From a virus, in the IMG/VR virus record IMGVR_UViG_3300046328_000506, positions 1-64,000 of that record: a stretch of DNA of 64,000 bases; one strand, written 5' to 3'. Below, in pieces: positions 54,701-64,000 of the stretch. The notes under the pieces are model-generated. The model was given only the letters and a program-made list of their open reading frames with translations. It did no database searches and had not been told where the DNA came from. Position numbers and translations under genes: made by a program. How positions within the stretch are numbered: position 1 is the stretch's first letter; each line of letters starts with the position of its first letter.

Positions 54701-56174
54701 TGTTTGTTACAGTTGAATCAATACCACGTAAAGGGAACACTGTACTGTAACTCCCATCTTTCATTTTAAACACTATACCAAATACATAACTTTCAGCACC
54801 CCAATAACCTAATTGGTAATAAATATTTTTTGGAGAGTAATAACCTGCACCATACGAACCGTTAGGATTTTTATAATCAATAGGAAGTGTTACTTGAAAT
54901 GTGCCACCAGAATAATCATTGTCGTATCCTGGAACTACTAACTTTTTAGTATCATAATATGTTTTTATTGTAGAAGCATACTCAAAAAACTCTTTGTAAT
55001 CGTAGAATTTATTTTTAATATTAGCAGCAAACAGTCTTCCTGCTACTTGTGTCATTGTTCTGAATGTATCTATTGAAGCATTGTTTACAGATAGAGTTGT
55101 AATATCTAATACTTGTGTTCTCTCTGTACCTGTATGCTCAAATCTTAAAGTATTCCCATCTGATATAAAGTATTTATTCTCTAATACAAAAGCGTTGTTA
55201 ATAGATTCTAAATCCCCAGCTTTATAAACATAAGATACTTTTACATAAGAATAGCTTTCATCTAAGTTACCTAAGATTAATACATTAGATTTATTTGTAG
55301 ATTCATTTGGTTGCCCTCCACGTATATTAGTCATAGCATTACCAAAATACACGCTACAATCAAAACTCTCACCAATTATATCTGTGCAATTCCCATCTTG
55401 GGTACACAATTGAAAGTAGTATTTATAATTACCAGCAGGTAAAGAACCTGTGCCTTGACTATCTAAATCAATATTTAATATCTTTTTGGTAGTTAGGATT
55501 AGATTTAATGTATTATCCCAATTTAATCTATTGTATAAATTAGAATCGTCATTGCCAATTCTATCCCTTATGACATATTTATTAGCTGGTAATACTGAAA
55601 ATCTACTATTTAAAGTTCTTGGTTTATTAAAGTTATCTGTAAAGATAATGTTTACTGAGTTATCATATACAGGTTGTATCTCTACTTCTAACGGTTTATC
55701 TATCTGAAAATTAAAGTAGATAGAATTAAAATCATTTATGTAATCTGTTTTAGGTACTCCATTAGGGTCAATATTATCCCCTAAATAATTCTTTAGTGGT
55801 TTATAGTTATATTCTAAATAGCCGTATTTATCACCATCTACCCAAGTTTCACCATCAATATTTGTAAAGCTATCATAATTAGGGGAAGGAAAACTCCCAA
55901 CTTCACCTCTCCCTGTAAATCTAAAATTAACGTATTCAGCACTTAGTATATAACAAATACCATTATAAGTCTTATTTCCAACAGGTACATAGTTTGGTTT
56001 TAATAATGTAGTATATTCATTACCCAATGGTGTTTGAATTATTAATTCATTACCATTGTGAGTTACAAAGTATAAATTTTCAGCGTAAGTTACAACATTA
56101 TCAGGTGTTTGATAGACTGGAAAATCCATCTTCATTCCTTCATTAAACGTGTTTTGTATTGGAATTTTTGGCAT
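51768..56174 (-). CDS. tail stabilisation/muzzle protein (crAss-like Tstab, 1468 aa)
   Basis: NTFNEGMKMD...NELIIQ..GN start, GEVGSFPSP, YGSKWQWS, RVRDKYCKFRITY end; size and synteny. Confidence 0.8.
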   Translation of the reverse strand: MPKIPIQNTFNEGMKMDFPVYQTPDNVVTYAENLYFVTHNGNELIIQTPLGNEYTTLLKPNYVPVGNKTYNGICYILSAEYVNFRFTGRGEVGSFPSPNYDSFTNIDGETWVDGDKYGYLEYNYKPLKNYLGDNIDPNGVPKTDYINDFNSIYFNFQIDKPLEVEIQPVYDNSVNIIFTDNFNKPRTLNSRFSVLPANKYVIRDRIGNDDSNLYNRLNWDNTLNLILTTKKILNIDLDSQGTGSLPAGNYKYYFQLCTQDGNCTDIIGESFDCSVYFGNAMTNIRGGQPNESTNKSNVLILGNLDESYSYVKVSYVYKAGDLESINNAFVLENKYFISDGNTLRFEHTGTERTQVLDITTLSVNNASIDTFRTMTQVAGRLFAANIKNKFYDYKEFFEYASTIKTYYDTKKLVVPGYDNDYSGGTFQVTLPIDYKNPNGSYGAGYYSPKNIYYQLGYWGAESYVFGIVFKMKDGSYSTVFPLRGIDSTVTNTYSNTTLNTDDPFDETTGENINGIFRFPTRDTVPLSDELYYANMLYPTFEIPTPPQAILDDTLGFMIVRCKKKSNIITQGYIIDTLPIPFLDAPNDNVNFIMDYEFNDTNYKLIPSVDWLLESHLATHDDDDLPPDGKDYFQEFLYKFVYPMSAPNSAYLRTDVVNKNFALISPDLLLNSEKLVSSLEANSDVKMKLLSAISMQYAIASQSKFFDATNGNGSTDLITTSGGFSLYKPILHTPYNQLLTAKNYFQINNQYTYNAGRFSSKMYLVSAPNLRDTFLRLDDNEYRVNEPTNGNANFRLSFDSYIGISVENQTNLFQHTTYQEPIAKTSSFVVYNGKVRNPIYEEDYVYPIVGKTVSKPLAYLVNLYQDGTNNPNGYYPTPQLFDLYKPEYETFFPITKEMYWDNAKALEVNSNASQFTSLENERLLRPDGRLEGFNGDNYIGTSFRKLYWNNIDLTEVLEKSSQESNLGLSLQLLTESNFNPGLRTDNLYSVDESEKRSFLPYYTKGNYGGENAGNVWKKSKLPETTVSNKGYSDSSSGKNYIALKSDNPFIEDRFDTRIIYSELYTSNSFVDGYRKFAPIARQDYQKHLGAIVAIKNLNGQLICVFENGLHSIPVNQRRQSFSDAVGSVFIESAGVLPPVGETRTISELYGSKWQWSILNTDNTVYGVDIDKGKIWQFTGDSLKLISDFNVQSFLRSINDRFQGQVSTWFKHDIRTYYDVKKNDVIFSFLSEKPNNTCGTIDLTEIIPFECPVVEYNNNVITITGGREGSTKIIKTPVECFDDDSFKTLVYFEMSDKWQTFLPYSPHMMFTLYDKLFSFPYKQDTIRNTIWKHESPNVPYCNYYNEQDNFVFEFVVTKDTTIHQVFNNLMIVSNESPPTKIEMTTDNDTYEMLINLRDNTDYFSIYKSNTYYKENHYYITIQKENDDIHKQSFFKNKRVRDKYCKFRITYPGDKYTQVQRIITTILQSFS

Positions 56175-57276
56175 ATTGTTTTTTTCTATCTAATGTTCTT
56201 TTTTTAATATTATTATATGCAGTTTTACCTAACCATCTGTATATTCTAAATGAAAAATCACTTGTTTTAAAGAATAATGGTCTCATTTTTACTACACTAC
56301 TACACAATTTAGATAAAGCTACCATAAAAAATCTAACTAATTTCTCATAGTTTAACAAATGATACTTTTTAAGTGCATGTACTTTTTGAGCATAGTATTC
56401 TATATGCTTCTCAAAAGGTGCTATCTCATTTGTAAATAGTTTATCGTTATTTTCTATAATACTTATTTGTGTTTGTTGTTCAATTATTCTTTTATTAGCA
56501 GATGTTTTCTTAGAATACTCTAAATTAAACTTTCTCCTAACTCTAACTTTTTTAGGTCTTTTTAATTCTTTACTGTATAATGTCCAATCATTTACTATTT
56601 CTTTGTAAGGTAAAAAATTAAATTGACCAGTATTCATTTTATCAACTAATTTTTTATACATATTCCTTGATACATCCACTCTATACCTATGTGTAATTGG
56701 GAATAAATATTTATCAACTCTCTTAGCTATGTGCATTTGAAATGTATAATACTTAAATTTAGTCTTAAATAAATCTACATCTTTATACACACGTTTAGCT
56801 TGTCTTTTTCTTTGTAGCTCTATGTCAGGTATTGCTCTTACACACAATTCTGCTTTAAATTTTGTAGGCAAGATAAATTTTCCCCCATTTTCAATTAAAT
56901 CTTCAAACACTACTTCAAAAAAATCACATAATAAAGATTTACCAACAGCTTTTGGAGAGTTTGCCCTAAATATAGTTCTAAATCTTTTAGTCTTTCTACC
57001 ATTAATAATTTCAGGTCTTTCAATTATTAATAGTTTTTTATAGTTAGTTGGGAATATAGATTCATTCCTTGTTAAATCAGAATAATCATATATCATATTA
57101 TTCCTTAATAACTCTGCTTTTACATTTGGAGTAAGCCTTTCAACTGATTTATGTAAAACACTTTTCCGAATAAGTGCTTCAATAGCTGCATTTGAAAACT
57201 TATTTAAACTTTTATAAAATTCCCTTCTTGCATTTAAGTCATTTATCTGTTTATCTGTTAATCCTTTTCTGTCCAC
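56143..57276 (-). CDS. basic IHF/HU-like DNA-binding protein (377 aa)
   Basis: Very Lys/Arg-rich; DFFEVVFEDLIENGGKFILP resembles the HU/IHF helix-beta junction; crAss-like phages encode IHF-like genes near the tail genes. Confidence 0.5.
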   Translation of the reverse strand: MDRKGLTDKQINDLNARREFYKSLNKFSNAAIEALIRKSVLHKSVERLTPNVKAELLRNNMIYDYSDLTRNESIFPTNYKKLLIIERPEIINGRKTKRFRTIFRANSPKAVGKSLLCDFFEVVFEDLIENGGKFILPTKFKAELCVRAIPDIELQRKRQAKRVYKDVDLFKTKFKYYTFQMHIAKRVDKYLFPITHRYRVDVSRNMYKKLVDKMNTGQFNFLPYKEIVNDWTLYSKELKRPKKVRVRRKFNLEYSKKTSANKRIIEQQTQISIIENNDKLFTNEIAPFEKHIEYYAQKVHALKKYHLLNYEKLVRFFMVALSKLCSSVVKMRPLFFKTSDFSFRIYRWLGKTAYNNIKKRTLDRKKQYAKNSNTKHV

Positions 57277-57410
57277 TATAACATTCCTTTTATTGTTGAT
57301 TTATCTTTTGCATCTTTATATAAAGTACAAAGTAATATTTTGTATTCTACACCACTTAAAGGTTTTGACTTCTTTATACTTTCAATAATCTTTAACAATT
57401 CTTTATTCAT
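57276..57410 (-). CDS. small hypothetical protein (44 aa)
   Basis: Hand-translated MNKELLKIIESIKKSKPLSGVEYKILLCTLYKDAKDKSTIKGML*; TAATG and TAGTG couplings at both ends. Confidence 0.6.
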   Translation of the reverse strand: MNKELLKIIESIKKSKPLSGVEYKILLCTLYKDAKDKSTIKGML

Positions 57411-58180
57411 TACTGATTAAATTTATAATCTTGATTGTAAAACTTTCTATTGAAAGAACTTAGTCTATTCAATATACTATCTATTGCATTTTGTGAGAAA
57501 TGTTCTGGTATTCTTGCTTGAACACATTCTTGTAACCAATTTTGTTTTGCTAATTGTACAGTCTGTCCTAACGGTAAACCCATAAATGCTTGCTTTTGCT
57601 TATCTAAATAATTACAGTAGTAAGCTATCGCTACAGCTTCTTTTTCTGTAACTTTCATAAAACCTTCTTCATCTGCTAAATATCCTCTATAAATAACATT
57701 TAACATTCTGTGTTCTGTATAATTCTTAACAGTTCCGGGTGTTAATTGATTAGCATATTGGTAATCTAATACTATTTTGTTATCTACAAATGTATAGTTA
57801 GTAAACTTACCAAAAGGAAATAAGTTAGATTTGTCTAATCTTCCCAATATATAATAGCCACGAATAGCATAGAAATAAGGAAAGTATGCTTGTAATTGTG
57901 GATTTAAGAATATCTCTGAGGTTAAATAACTATTGTATGTAATATCGTCAAATGTTACAGCTTCAATAGCACCTACATTACAAGGCAACTCTACCACACC
58001 GTCTACAATAGCCCCCCTATGTAAGAATATATCATAGTGAACATTCCCTATTTTTTTTAATGCTATTGCTGCATTTTCTATAATATCATCTTCTTGCATA
58101 TCAATACCAAACAACCTTGTTAAGATTGGTTTAACTGATAATACTGAAACATAATTGTATGTACTATTATTCTCTATCAT
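57410..58180 (-). CDS. tail tubular/ring protein (crAss-like Ttub)
   Basis: VELPCN..IEAVT, IYRG...DEEG..., AIAYYC, W...C.QAR motifs; synteny upstream of muzzle. Confidence 0.7.
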   Translation of the reverse strand: MIENNSTYNYVSVLSVKPILTRLFGIDMQEDDIIENAAIALKKIGNVHYDIFLHRGAIVDGVVELPCNVGAIEAVTFDDITYNSYLTSEIFLNPQLQAYFPYFYAIRGYYILGRLDKSNLFPFGKFTNYTFVDNKIVLDYQYANQLTPGTVKNYTEHRMLNVIYRGYLADEEGFMKVTEKEAVAIAYYCNYLDKQKQAFMGLPLGQTVQLAKQNWLQECVQARIPEHFSQNAIDSILNRLSSFNRKFYNQDYKFNQ

Positions 58181-58184
58181 TTGC

Positions 58185-58249
58185 GGTTTAAGCCCTTGTT
58201 TTTTTAGACTTATGTTTATATGTTTTTAAAAAAATAGTTGCTTAGAATC
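58185..58249 (+). repeat. 65-nt imperfect palindrome (element copy B)
   Basis: TTTAAGC..TTGTTTTTTTA...TAAAAAAATAG..GCTTAGA; core is the reverse complement of the copy A core. Confidence 0.7.
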
Positions 58250-58269
58250 AATTTGTGAAAGAATTAAGG

Positions 58270-59034
58270 CTACCCTGTTACTAAGTTACCTTGTATATTA
58301 CCTTGTAGAACTTGCGGTACATTTGCTTTCCTATAATACCCTAAAAATTCTTGTGTAATACTTGTAATAATTTTATCTACAATAAACTCTGGTGCTGGGT
58401 ATGTATCATCATCACATATCTTAGAGCAATTAAAGAAATTCACATCTAACGGATTTTCAAAGATTGCTTCTATTGTTAAATACTTTATATTTTCTGTTGG
58501 TGGATTAAATAAAAACACATCGTAGAATATACCCGAACTTTCAAACTCTGTATTAATATATTCTGTTGGTTCAAATAATGTTGTAGCTAATATAGAAGTA
58601 TCTACCCAAGCATAAGGTCTGTGTGATGTTTTAAGGCTATATTGATGATATGCAAAAGTTGTATCATAGAATACTTTAAATGGTTTCATTCTATTTGGCG
58701 TACCCAAGTATAATACTGGGTCGGCAATAGCATTAGATAATCTTGGTATTCTAAAATGTTTAGCTGTTTCAAATCCCTTTACATGACAACATCTTTCTAT
58801 ATTTTGACAATCAAGCTCTATACAAGTTATTGATTGTTTTAATTTATTTAAAAAATCTAATTCAGATTTAGAAATAGAAATCTCTTTAAGTATAGTAGCT
58901 CTCCTTGTATTTATCATATACTTGATTTGCTCCATACTATATCCAAAATTGACATTACCAATAGCTCCTGTAATATTTTTTTGAATTGCGGATGCTATTT
59001 TCTTTAATGACCAAACTGTATTTAATGACTCCAT
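58270..59034 (-). CDS. tail ring protein (254 aa)
   Basis: QSITCIELDC, IP, YLG, KYLTIEAIFENP, YPAP...I.KI motifs of crAss-like ring proteins. Confidence 0.65.
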   Translation of the reverse strand: MESLNTVWSLKKIASAIQKNITGAIGNVNFGYSMEQIKYMINTRRATILKEISISKSELDFLNKLKQSITCIELDCQNIERCCHVKGFETAKHFRIPRLSNAIADPVLYLGTPNRMKPFKVFYDTTFAYHQYSLKTSHRPYAWVDTSILATTLFEPTEYINTEFESSGIFYDVFLFNPPTENIKYLTIEAIFENPLDVNFFNCSKICDDDTYPAPEFIVDKIITSITQEFLGYYRKANVPQVLQGNIQGNLVTG

Positions 59035-59067
59035 TTATCCTAATTTAATTTGTTCGTAAATATAAAC

Positions 59068-59100
59068 AAAAAAAGAGGAAGCCAAAGACTTCCCCCTTTT
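59068..59100 (-). terminator. intrinsic terminator
   Basis: - strand AAAAGGGGGAAGTC-TTT-GGCTTCCTCTTTTTTT. Confidence 0.8.
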
Positions 59101-59132
59101 GTAAACTTAATTTCAATCTTAAATAAAAAATG

Positions 59133-60209
59133 TTATGCGTTTGTTTTGAACTGTGCAAGGGTACAACCATTTGTGTAAGTACCACCAACAACTGCGTTCC
59201 AAACTTCAGTTCCTGTACCTCTGTCAAAATAATCAGCTAATGAATCAATTTGAGTTTCTAATGCTGGTATGCTTTGATTAACCCAAATTACAAGTGTTTC
59301 TTCATCTGATGTTGAATTTGGGAAATAATTATGGAAATCTTTTCTATCCATAGTCATTGTAACCGCAAATTCTGTATAAAGATTACCTGCAATTGGAATT
59401 TGTGCTTGCTCACCTTTGTTTTGTGAAGCCCAACCACTTGCCCAATCTAAACCGAGCAAAGTACGTTTTGCAAATAGTTCGTCAAAAGTACCAAGACCAG
59501 GAGATTGTGCTTGTGTTGTTGTTGGATTAAACACTGTTACATAAGCAGATGATTGATTATCAACACCAGTAACACTAAATTTTTCAAAGTATTGGTATGG
59601 CGTAAGTGTTTCAAAGTTTACATCTGAAATAGAAGTATAAGAACGAACAGGCTGAGTTAAAGCTGATGCCAAAATTGCAGAGAATGTAGTGCCATCATTA
59701 TACGTACCAGATACAGTAGCACCAGATACAGGGGCAACCGTAAAGTTAGGGTTTTTTACACCACGAGCTCTGTAAGTATAAGTGATTGTGTTTACCATCT
59801 TAGCCAAGAATGTAGCCGCAGTTTCGCCAGTTGTGATATTAATCTCAAAAGGTCTCTGTCTGAAATTAGTCATTCTCTTAGTTTGGTACTGTGCTTCCCA
59901 ATGTGTATCAACAACATTAAAAGTTAAATAAACTTTTGTGTTTGCTGGAATTGTACCTGTTACAGTAATTTCAGCAGCAGTTGCAGCAGTTACATTTACT
60001 ACGTGTGTTGTGCCAACTTTACCACGAGAACCACTTACTCTTGTTACTTTGTTAAAAGGAATACCTGTTGAAGTGTATCCTAATAACCCACCTATAAACA
60101 AATTATCACCAAGCAATGCTGTCGAAGCTGCTTGTGATGCTCCTAATGTATAATCAATAGGAAAATTTGTTAGGTCATTAATTAGAAGTGTTTTTGTTAC
60201 GTTAAACAT
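59133..60209 (-). CDS. auxiliary capsid/structural protein (358 aa)
   Basis: MFNVTKTLLIN start, PGLGT, G.LYTEF motifs; own terminator; synteny with capsid module. Confidence 0.6.
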   Translation of the reverse strand: MFNVTKTLLINDLTNFPIDYTLGASQAASTALLGDNLFIGGLLGYTSTGIPFNKVTRVSGSRGKVGTTHVVNVTAATAAEITVTGTIPANTKVYLTFNVVDTHWEAQYQTKRMTNFRQRPFEINITTGETAATFLAKMVNTITYTYRARGVKNPNFTVAPVSGATVSGTYNDGTTFSAILASALTQPVRSYTSISDVNFETLTPYQYFEKFSVTGVDNQSSAYVTVFNPTTTQAQSPGLGTFDELFAKRTLLGLDWASGWASQNKGEQAQIPIAGNLYTEFAVTMTMDRKDFHNYFPNSTSDEETLVIWVNQSIPALETQIDSLADYFDRGTGTEVWNAVVGGTYTNGCTLAQFKTNA

Positions 60210-60286
60210 ATTGTTTTTTTGTTGTTTTGTGTGTGAGACAAGTCTTTTGGTTATTTACTTATCTAAATTGTTTATAAAGATAGGAG

Positions 60287-61054
60287 TTATTGTTGAACTT
60301 GTATTGATTGGTTAATCGGTATATTACTTTGTAACCTTTCATTAACTTGTTGCTCAAATGATAATGCTACATATTTCTTAACTATCTCATTACATACATA
60401 ATTTGGAAATTCAAATACTGTACTTTCATCAATAGCTGTGGTTCTAAATAAATCTAATTGCTGATAAGTTAAAGTATATTTATTTGGCTCTTTTAAATAC
60501 CTCATACCAAGCTCATCTATTGTAGTATTTGTACCTAAATTCCCAACAATAATTTCTACCCAACCTTTTGTTGAGGAAGTTTCTACACTCTCATCATCTG
60601 AATAAATATGGTAATAAAGGCGTTCTTCTTTCCAACTAGGCTTATCAAATTCATTCATCTCAACAAATGGATACATATCATCATTTGCTTTCTTTACAGA
60701 TATAGGGTTAGATACAGTAAATTGTCCTGGTACTATTTTACCACAATCTAATTTAGGAAAACGGACTTTAACATATACATTTGTTAAATGCCAATAATTT
60801 AATGGTAATAATACTCTATATGAATTAGTGTAACTACCCACAGTTAAGTCTGCACTTCTTTTAACAACTTGCCGCTTAATTGCTTGCAAGTAATCAGTTG
60901 TTTGCTGTGTAGTCTCAAATGTATTGTACGCAATGTTAGCACATTCCTGTATAGATTTGTTTAAATAATAGTTGAACTCAAATAAAGATTGAGTTGGAGC
61001 TTCCTCTTTATTGAGTTCAACAAGTACATTTCCATAAAATTCAAGTATAGTCAT
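60287..61054 (-). CDS. tail ring protein (crAss gene-74-like, 255 aa)
   Basis: ELNKEEAP...EFNYYLNK, FETTQQ..D.L, LP..Y.H, YLKEP, EFP.Y...EIV motifs. Confidence 0.7.
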   Translation of the reverse strand: MTILEFYGNVLVELNKEEAPTQSLFEFNYYLNKSIQECANIAYNTFETTQQTTDYLQAIKRQVVKRSADLTVGSYTNSYRVLLPLNYWHLTNVYVKVRFPKLDCGKIVPGQFTVSNPISVKKANDDMYPFVEMNEFDKPSWKEERLYYHIYSDDESVETSSTKGWVEIIVGNLGTNTTIDELGMRYLKEPNKYTLTYQQLDLFRTTAIDESTVFEFPNYVCNEIVKKYVALSFEQQVNERLQSNIPINQSIQVQQ

Positions 61055-61941
61055 TATTTACGTTTTGCAGGTGCTTTTGGAGAAGCTGTGTTAAAATCAC
61101 TTTCTCCTGATAAATATGTTGCTTGAAAACTATTAATATCGTCTTGTTTGTAATACTCTGAATTTACACTCATTGTAATAAGTCTTGTTATATCAACATT
61201 CTTATCACGCTTCATAAATTCTAAAATACCATCATCAGTTGCCCCTAATAATGTTTCACCATATTTCCATATACCATCTTCCATACGAATTGTGCCTTTT
61301 TGTTTTGCTTTTTGCAATAACACTTTCATTTGTAAATCTGGGTCAGCAAATACTGATAAAATTATATCTGGATTTTTTGCAGCAGTTTCGTACATAAGTT
61401 GTTTGATTTGGTCAGGTAAAAACCCACCCATATCTTCTGATGTAACGAGTTGTGCTTTGTATCTTAACTCTGTATCTGATTCATTTTTAATCATGTACTG
61501 AGCATTGATTACTTTTTCTTGTCTTGCAACAAGTCTCTTTTCTTCACGACCTTCTATGTGAATAACAAATTGACCACTATCTCTACCCATACCCTTAGCT
61601 TCTTGTAAAGACATAGCTACTTTTGGGTGATGCTTAATCCAAGCCCAACGATTTCTCTCCATTGGTTTAGCTAAGTTTAATACAGCACCATCTCTCAATT
61701 CAAATTCTGACTCTGGTGTTTGTACACCACTTGCTCCCACTTGCTTAATTCTTTCTTCCCAATCATTACCAATACCTAAATATTCGTTTTGGTATCTTGA
61801 ATAAACTGGTTTAATAATACACTTTCTCTCTTTGTATTTCAAAGACCTAAACTCTACCATTTGAGATGGGTTATTCTCAATATCATAGATAACTTTTTCT
61901 CTTGCTGTCATAGCAGCATACTCTAATTCTGAATTACTCAT
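61054..61941 (-). CDS. conserved protein downstream of MCP (crAss gene-75-like, 295 aa)
   Basis: ATG at 61941 (track TTG start lies inside a hairpin); LNL..P....W.WI, G.W.YG...LG motifs. Confidence 0.7.
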   Translation of the reverse strand: MSNSELEYAAMTAREKVIYDIENNPSQMVEFRSLKYKERKCIIKPVYSRYQNEYLGIGNDWEERIKQVGASGVQTPESEFELRDGAVLNLAKPMERNRWAWIKHHPKVAMSLQEAKGMGRDSGQFVIHIEGREEKRLVARQEKVINAQYMIKNESDTELRYKAQLVTSEDMGGFLPDQIKQLMYETAAKNPDIILSVFADPDLQMKVLLQKAKQKGTIRMEDGIWKYGETLLGATDDGILEFMKRDKNVDITRLITMSVNSEYYKQDDINSFQATYLSGESDFNTASPKAPAKRK

Positions 61942-61975
61942 TTGTCTTTTATTGTTTGTTTGTGTTAAATAAATT

Positions 61976-62023
61976 ATATAAGATTGTACCAAGTGAACTA
62001 TTCTACTCAGTACAATCTTATAT
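61976..62023 (-). terminator. long stem-loop directly after MCP (partial terminator or mRNA stabiliser)
   Basis: ATATAAGATTGTAC / GTACAATCTTATAT 14-bp perfect arm extended by G-U pairs on the - strand; no clear U-tract. Confidence 0.6.
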
Positions 62024-62035
62024 TTATGTGTTAGT

Positions 62036-63484
62036 TTAGCCTATTACAGCCTCTTGCAAAATTGCTGCTTTGTATGGGTTACGTACAATAGCACCTGTAT
62101 ATGTCATCATTTCCAACTGGCTACCTGCAATTGGCGTAGAGATTTGACCTGATGTTTTACCATCTAATCCACCCATACCAATTAATTCACCTGTAAGAAT
62201 ATCAATACCATGATACTTCAATGCCATAATGTTTGGTTCGCCATCTTTCTCGTCAATACCAGTATCAATACAGAAACCGAAACCAGTATCAGGATAATGC
62301 TCTGACAAAACTCTATCTGGCGCAAATGTAATCAAGTTACCACTAAATTCATACGTGTTGAATGTAGTTCCTACTTGCATGCCATCGGGAGATTCAGTTT
62401 CAACGGATTTAACGTTTACTTTCTTTCCAGCAGCCTTAGAGTAATACCAAGCACCAGCGATTGCAGATGTCTTCAATTCACCAATCATAGTTTCGTTGAA
62501 GTGTTCCCATAATGTTTTGTTACAAACAAATGTGAAGTGATTACCTGTAATCTTAGGTGTTTTGTTCGTGATTGATTTGAACATATTATTCAATTGTCTA
62601 ACCGACAAAGAACCTTGTGCATAATCAAATGTATCTGCAAACTTATTGATTTGTGTATAAACACCATCACCTGCGATGATAGGGTTGTTGTTACCGTAAT
62701 CAAATAGTGTTGATTGCAATTGGTCATTTACTGTGCTCTCACCAAAAATCATTACGTTGTTTACAGCATACAACAATTGTTGCATCATGTCTTCACGAAT
62801 TGGCTCCATTTTTACAAGCACTTGCTCATTGTTAAGTGTTGTTGCGTAATACTTTTCTTTCAAAGCATACTCACTTGAGAATGATGCAGATGTTCTTAGT
62901 GTTGTAACATAGTTTACGTGCTCTTCTACGTTAAAGTAAAATCTTGAAGAACCACTTTCAGACAATTCTGGGAAGATAGAATACATATAACGAGTTCTTC
63001 TACCAGTAGTCATAAACAAAGTGTCAATAAACCTTGCAGAATCACCACCTACTAAAGATACTGTGTACTCATACTCATTGTCGTTGATACGTACAGGTGC
63101 TTTGTTTACATACAACAACTGACCATTCTCCAACTTGAAAACGTCATTTTTATTGTAGTATTTCTTTTTAAGATAAACTGTTACCAATTTACCATTATCA
63201 CCTGTTGCTGTACAAGTCCTTGTAAAAGGGATTTCTACAATCTGGTTGTTTTTGATTCTCCAGCGTACTTGCTTAGATGATACAGACAATGTGCTTGAAG
63301 AGTCTTTCGATACTCCAAAGATGTTGCCTAATGCTTGTGTGATGTAAGGAAGGGTGTATTGTGGATATAGCTGCGTAACTTTTTCAAGCCTGTGAATATC
63401 TTGCCCCCACCATTTGTTCCACTCCAGGACTGTTCGCCTGTCAGAACCTAAGTTGTTTACCTCCGATGTACTAAGTAATCTCAT
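62036..63484 (-). CDS. major capsid protein (crAss-like)
   Basis: 482 aa; FPELSESG, N.....R, IIAGDGVY.QI, GMGGLDGKTSG.ISTP, G..V.NPY motifs; synteny. Confidence 0.85.
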   Translation of the reverse strand: MRLLSTSEVNNLGSDRRTVLEWNKWWGQDIHRLEKVTQLYPQYTLPYITQALGNIFGVSKDSSSTLSVSSKQVRWRIKNNQIVEIPFTRTCTATGDNGKLVTVYLKKKYYNKNDVFKLENGQLLYVNKAPVRINDNEYEYTVSLVGGDSARFIDTLFMTTGRRTRYMYSIFPELSESGSSRFYFNVEEHVNYVTTLRTSASFSSEYALKEKYYATTLNNEQVLVKMEPIREDMMQQLLYAVNNVMIFGESTVNDQLQSTLFDYGNNNPIIAGDGVYTQINKFADTFDYAQGSLSVRQLNNMFKSITNKTPKITGNHFTFVCNKTLWEHFNETMIGELKTSAIAGAWYYSKAAGKKVNVKSVETESPDGMQVGTTFNTYEFSGNLITFAPDRVLSEHYPDTGFGFCIDTGIDEKDGEPNIMALKYHGIDILTGELIGMGGLDGKTSGQISTPIAGSQLEMMTYTGAIVRNPYKAAILQEAVIG

Positions 63485-63513
63485 TATTTGTTAGAATTGT
63501 GTTTAAATTAACG

Positions 63514-63999
63514 TTATCCCCATATACTTGATATATGGTCTGTTTTTTGTTTATTGGTACTATTATTATTTTTAACTACTGTTTCGTGTTTTTTTGTTGT
63601 TGGGAAACCTTGAAGTATTTCTTGTTTGGCTTGTGATTTTTGTTTCCCCATTTCATTTTTTAGTTCTTTGATTTGGTTTTCATAATAATTCACAACTTCA
63701 GGTAACATTCTCCTTGACCACTCTGCTTCATAAGCTACTTGCGGATTTCTCCAATACTCCTCTATTAAAATTGGCAAACCCTCACTTGATTCTGGATGTG
63801 GCTCAACCATTAATCCTAATATCTCATTCTTTGCGTCATCATCTACTTCAAATCCTGCAATACTTTGTATATCAGATACAGCATTTACAATTTGTATTCT
63901 TGCTTGCTCAATTTCTTGATTTATCTGTTGTTGCTGTATTGCGTTTTGCTCTGATAGATATTGAGTTTGTTCTTTTTGTAATTTACCTCTTAGATTATT
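63514..63999 (-). CDS. scaffold-like protein upstream of MCP (crAss gene-77-like), 5'-truncated
   Basis: Frame of the 98-aa track ORF is open to the window edge; Gln/Glu-rich helical sequence. Confidence 0.65.
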   Translation of the reverse strand, partial: NNLRGKLQKEQTQYLSEQNAIQQQQINQEIEQARIQIVNAVSDIQSIAGFEVDDDAKNEILGLMVEPHPESSEGLPILIEEYWRNPQVAYEAEWSRRMLPEVVNYYENQIKELKNEMGKQKSQAKQEILQGFPTTKKHETVVKNNNSTNKQKTDHISSIWG

Positions 64000-64000
64000 T

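Noticed and set aside
4720-60153. Many 60-185 aa + strand ORFs antisense to the large - strand genes
   Set aside because: Ser/Leu/Phe-rich shadows of A-rich coding sequence, with no motifs or expression signals
1-64000. Stop-codon reassignment (TAG/TGA) as in some crAss-like phages
   Set aside because: Very long ORFs are intact in the standard code, and TAG/TGA end genes at sensible, often coupled, positions (e.g. 51768, 57276, 28960)
1-64000. tRNA/rRNA genes, introns or inteins
   Set aside because: No cloverleaf or T-loop motifs in intergenic gaps; MCP and RNAP are uninterrupted and show no intein-like termini

Overview
AT-rich segment of a crAss-like (Crassvirales-type) phage of a Bacteroidota host. 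It uses the standard genetic code and carries host-type TAnnTTTG promoters. Region 1-4450 (+) holds small early/middle-type genes including an HNH nuclease. It ends in a promoter-terminator unit of about 90 nt with no real ORF (candidate sRNA). Region 4596-64000 (-) is the virion block. Read in its direction of transcription, it encodes a scaffold-like gene (truncated), the major capsid protein, ring and auxiliary capsid proteins, an IHF-like protein, the muzzle/tail-stabilisation protein and a first cluster of cargo proteins. An inverted (+) RepL-like island follows, then tail-fibre/LamG and lysis genes, a second cargo cluster, a 5724-aa virion RNA polymerase polyprotein (SF1 helicase + zincin + DxDGD polymerase) and a 1721-aa zincin-containing ejection protein. 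Most notable observations: (1) about 30 copies of a K/R-hydrophobic-x-x-G-G motif divide eight putative cargo ORFs into small modules, suggesting a double-glycine processing or packaging system; (2) a T TTA AAA AAA AAG slip site would join a 688-aa ORF to a start-less open frame; (3) only two cysteines occur in about 9,300 residues of ejection proteins, at the adjoining C- and N-termini of the two giants; (4) a family of about 65-nt intergenic palindromes folds preferentially on the + strand. Product names rest on motif recognition and synteny, not database searches.
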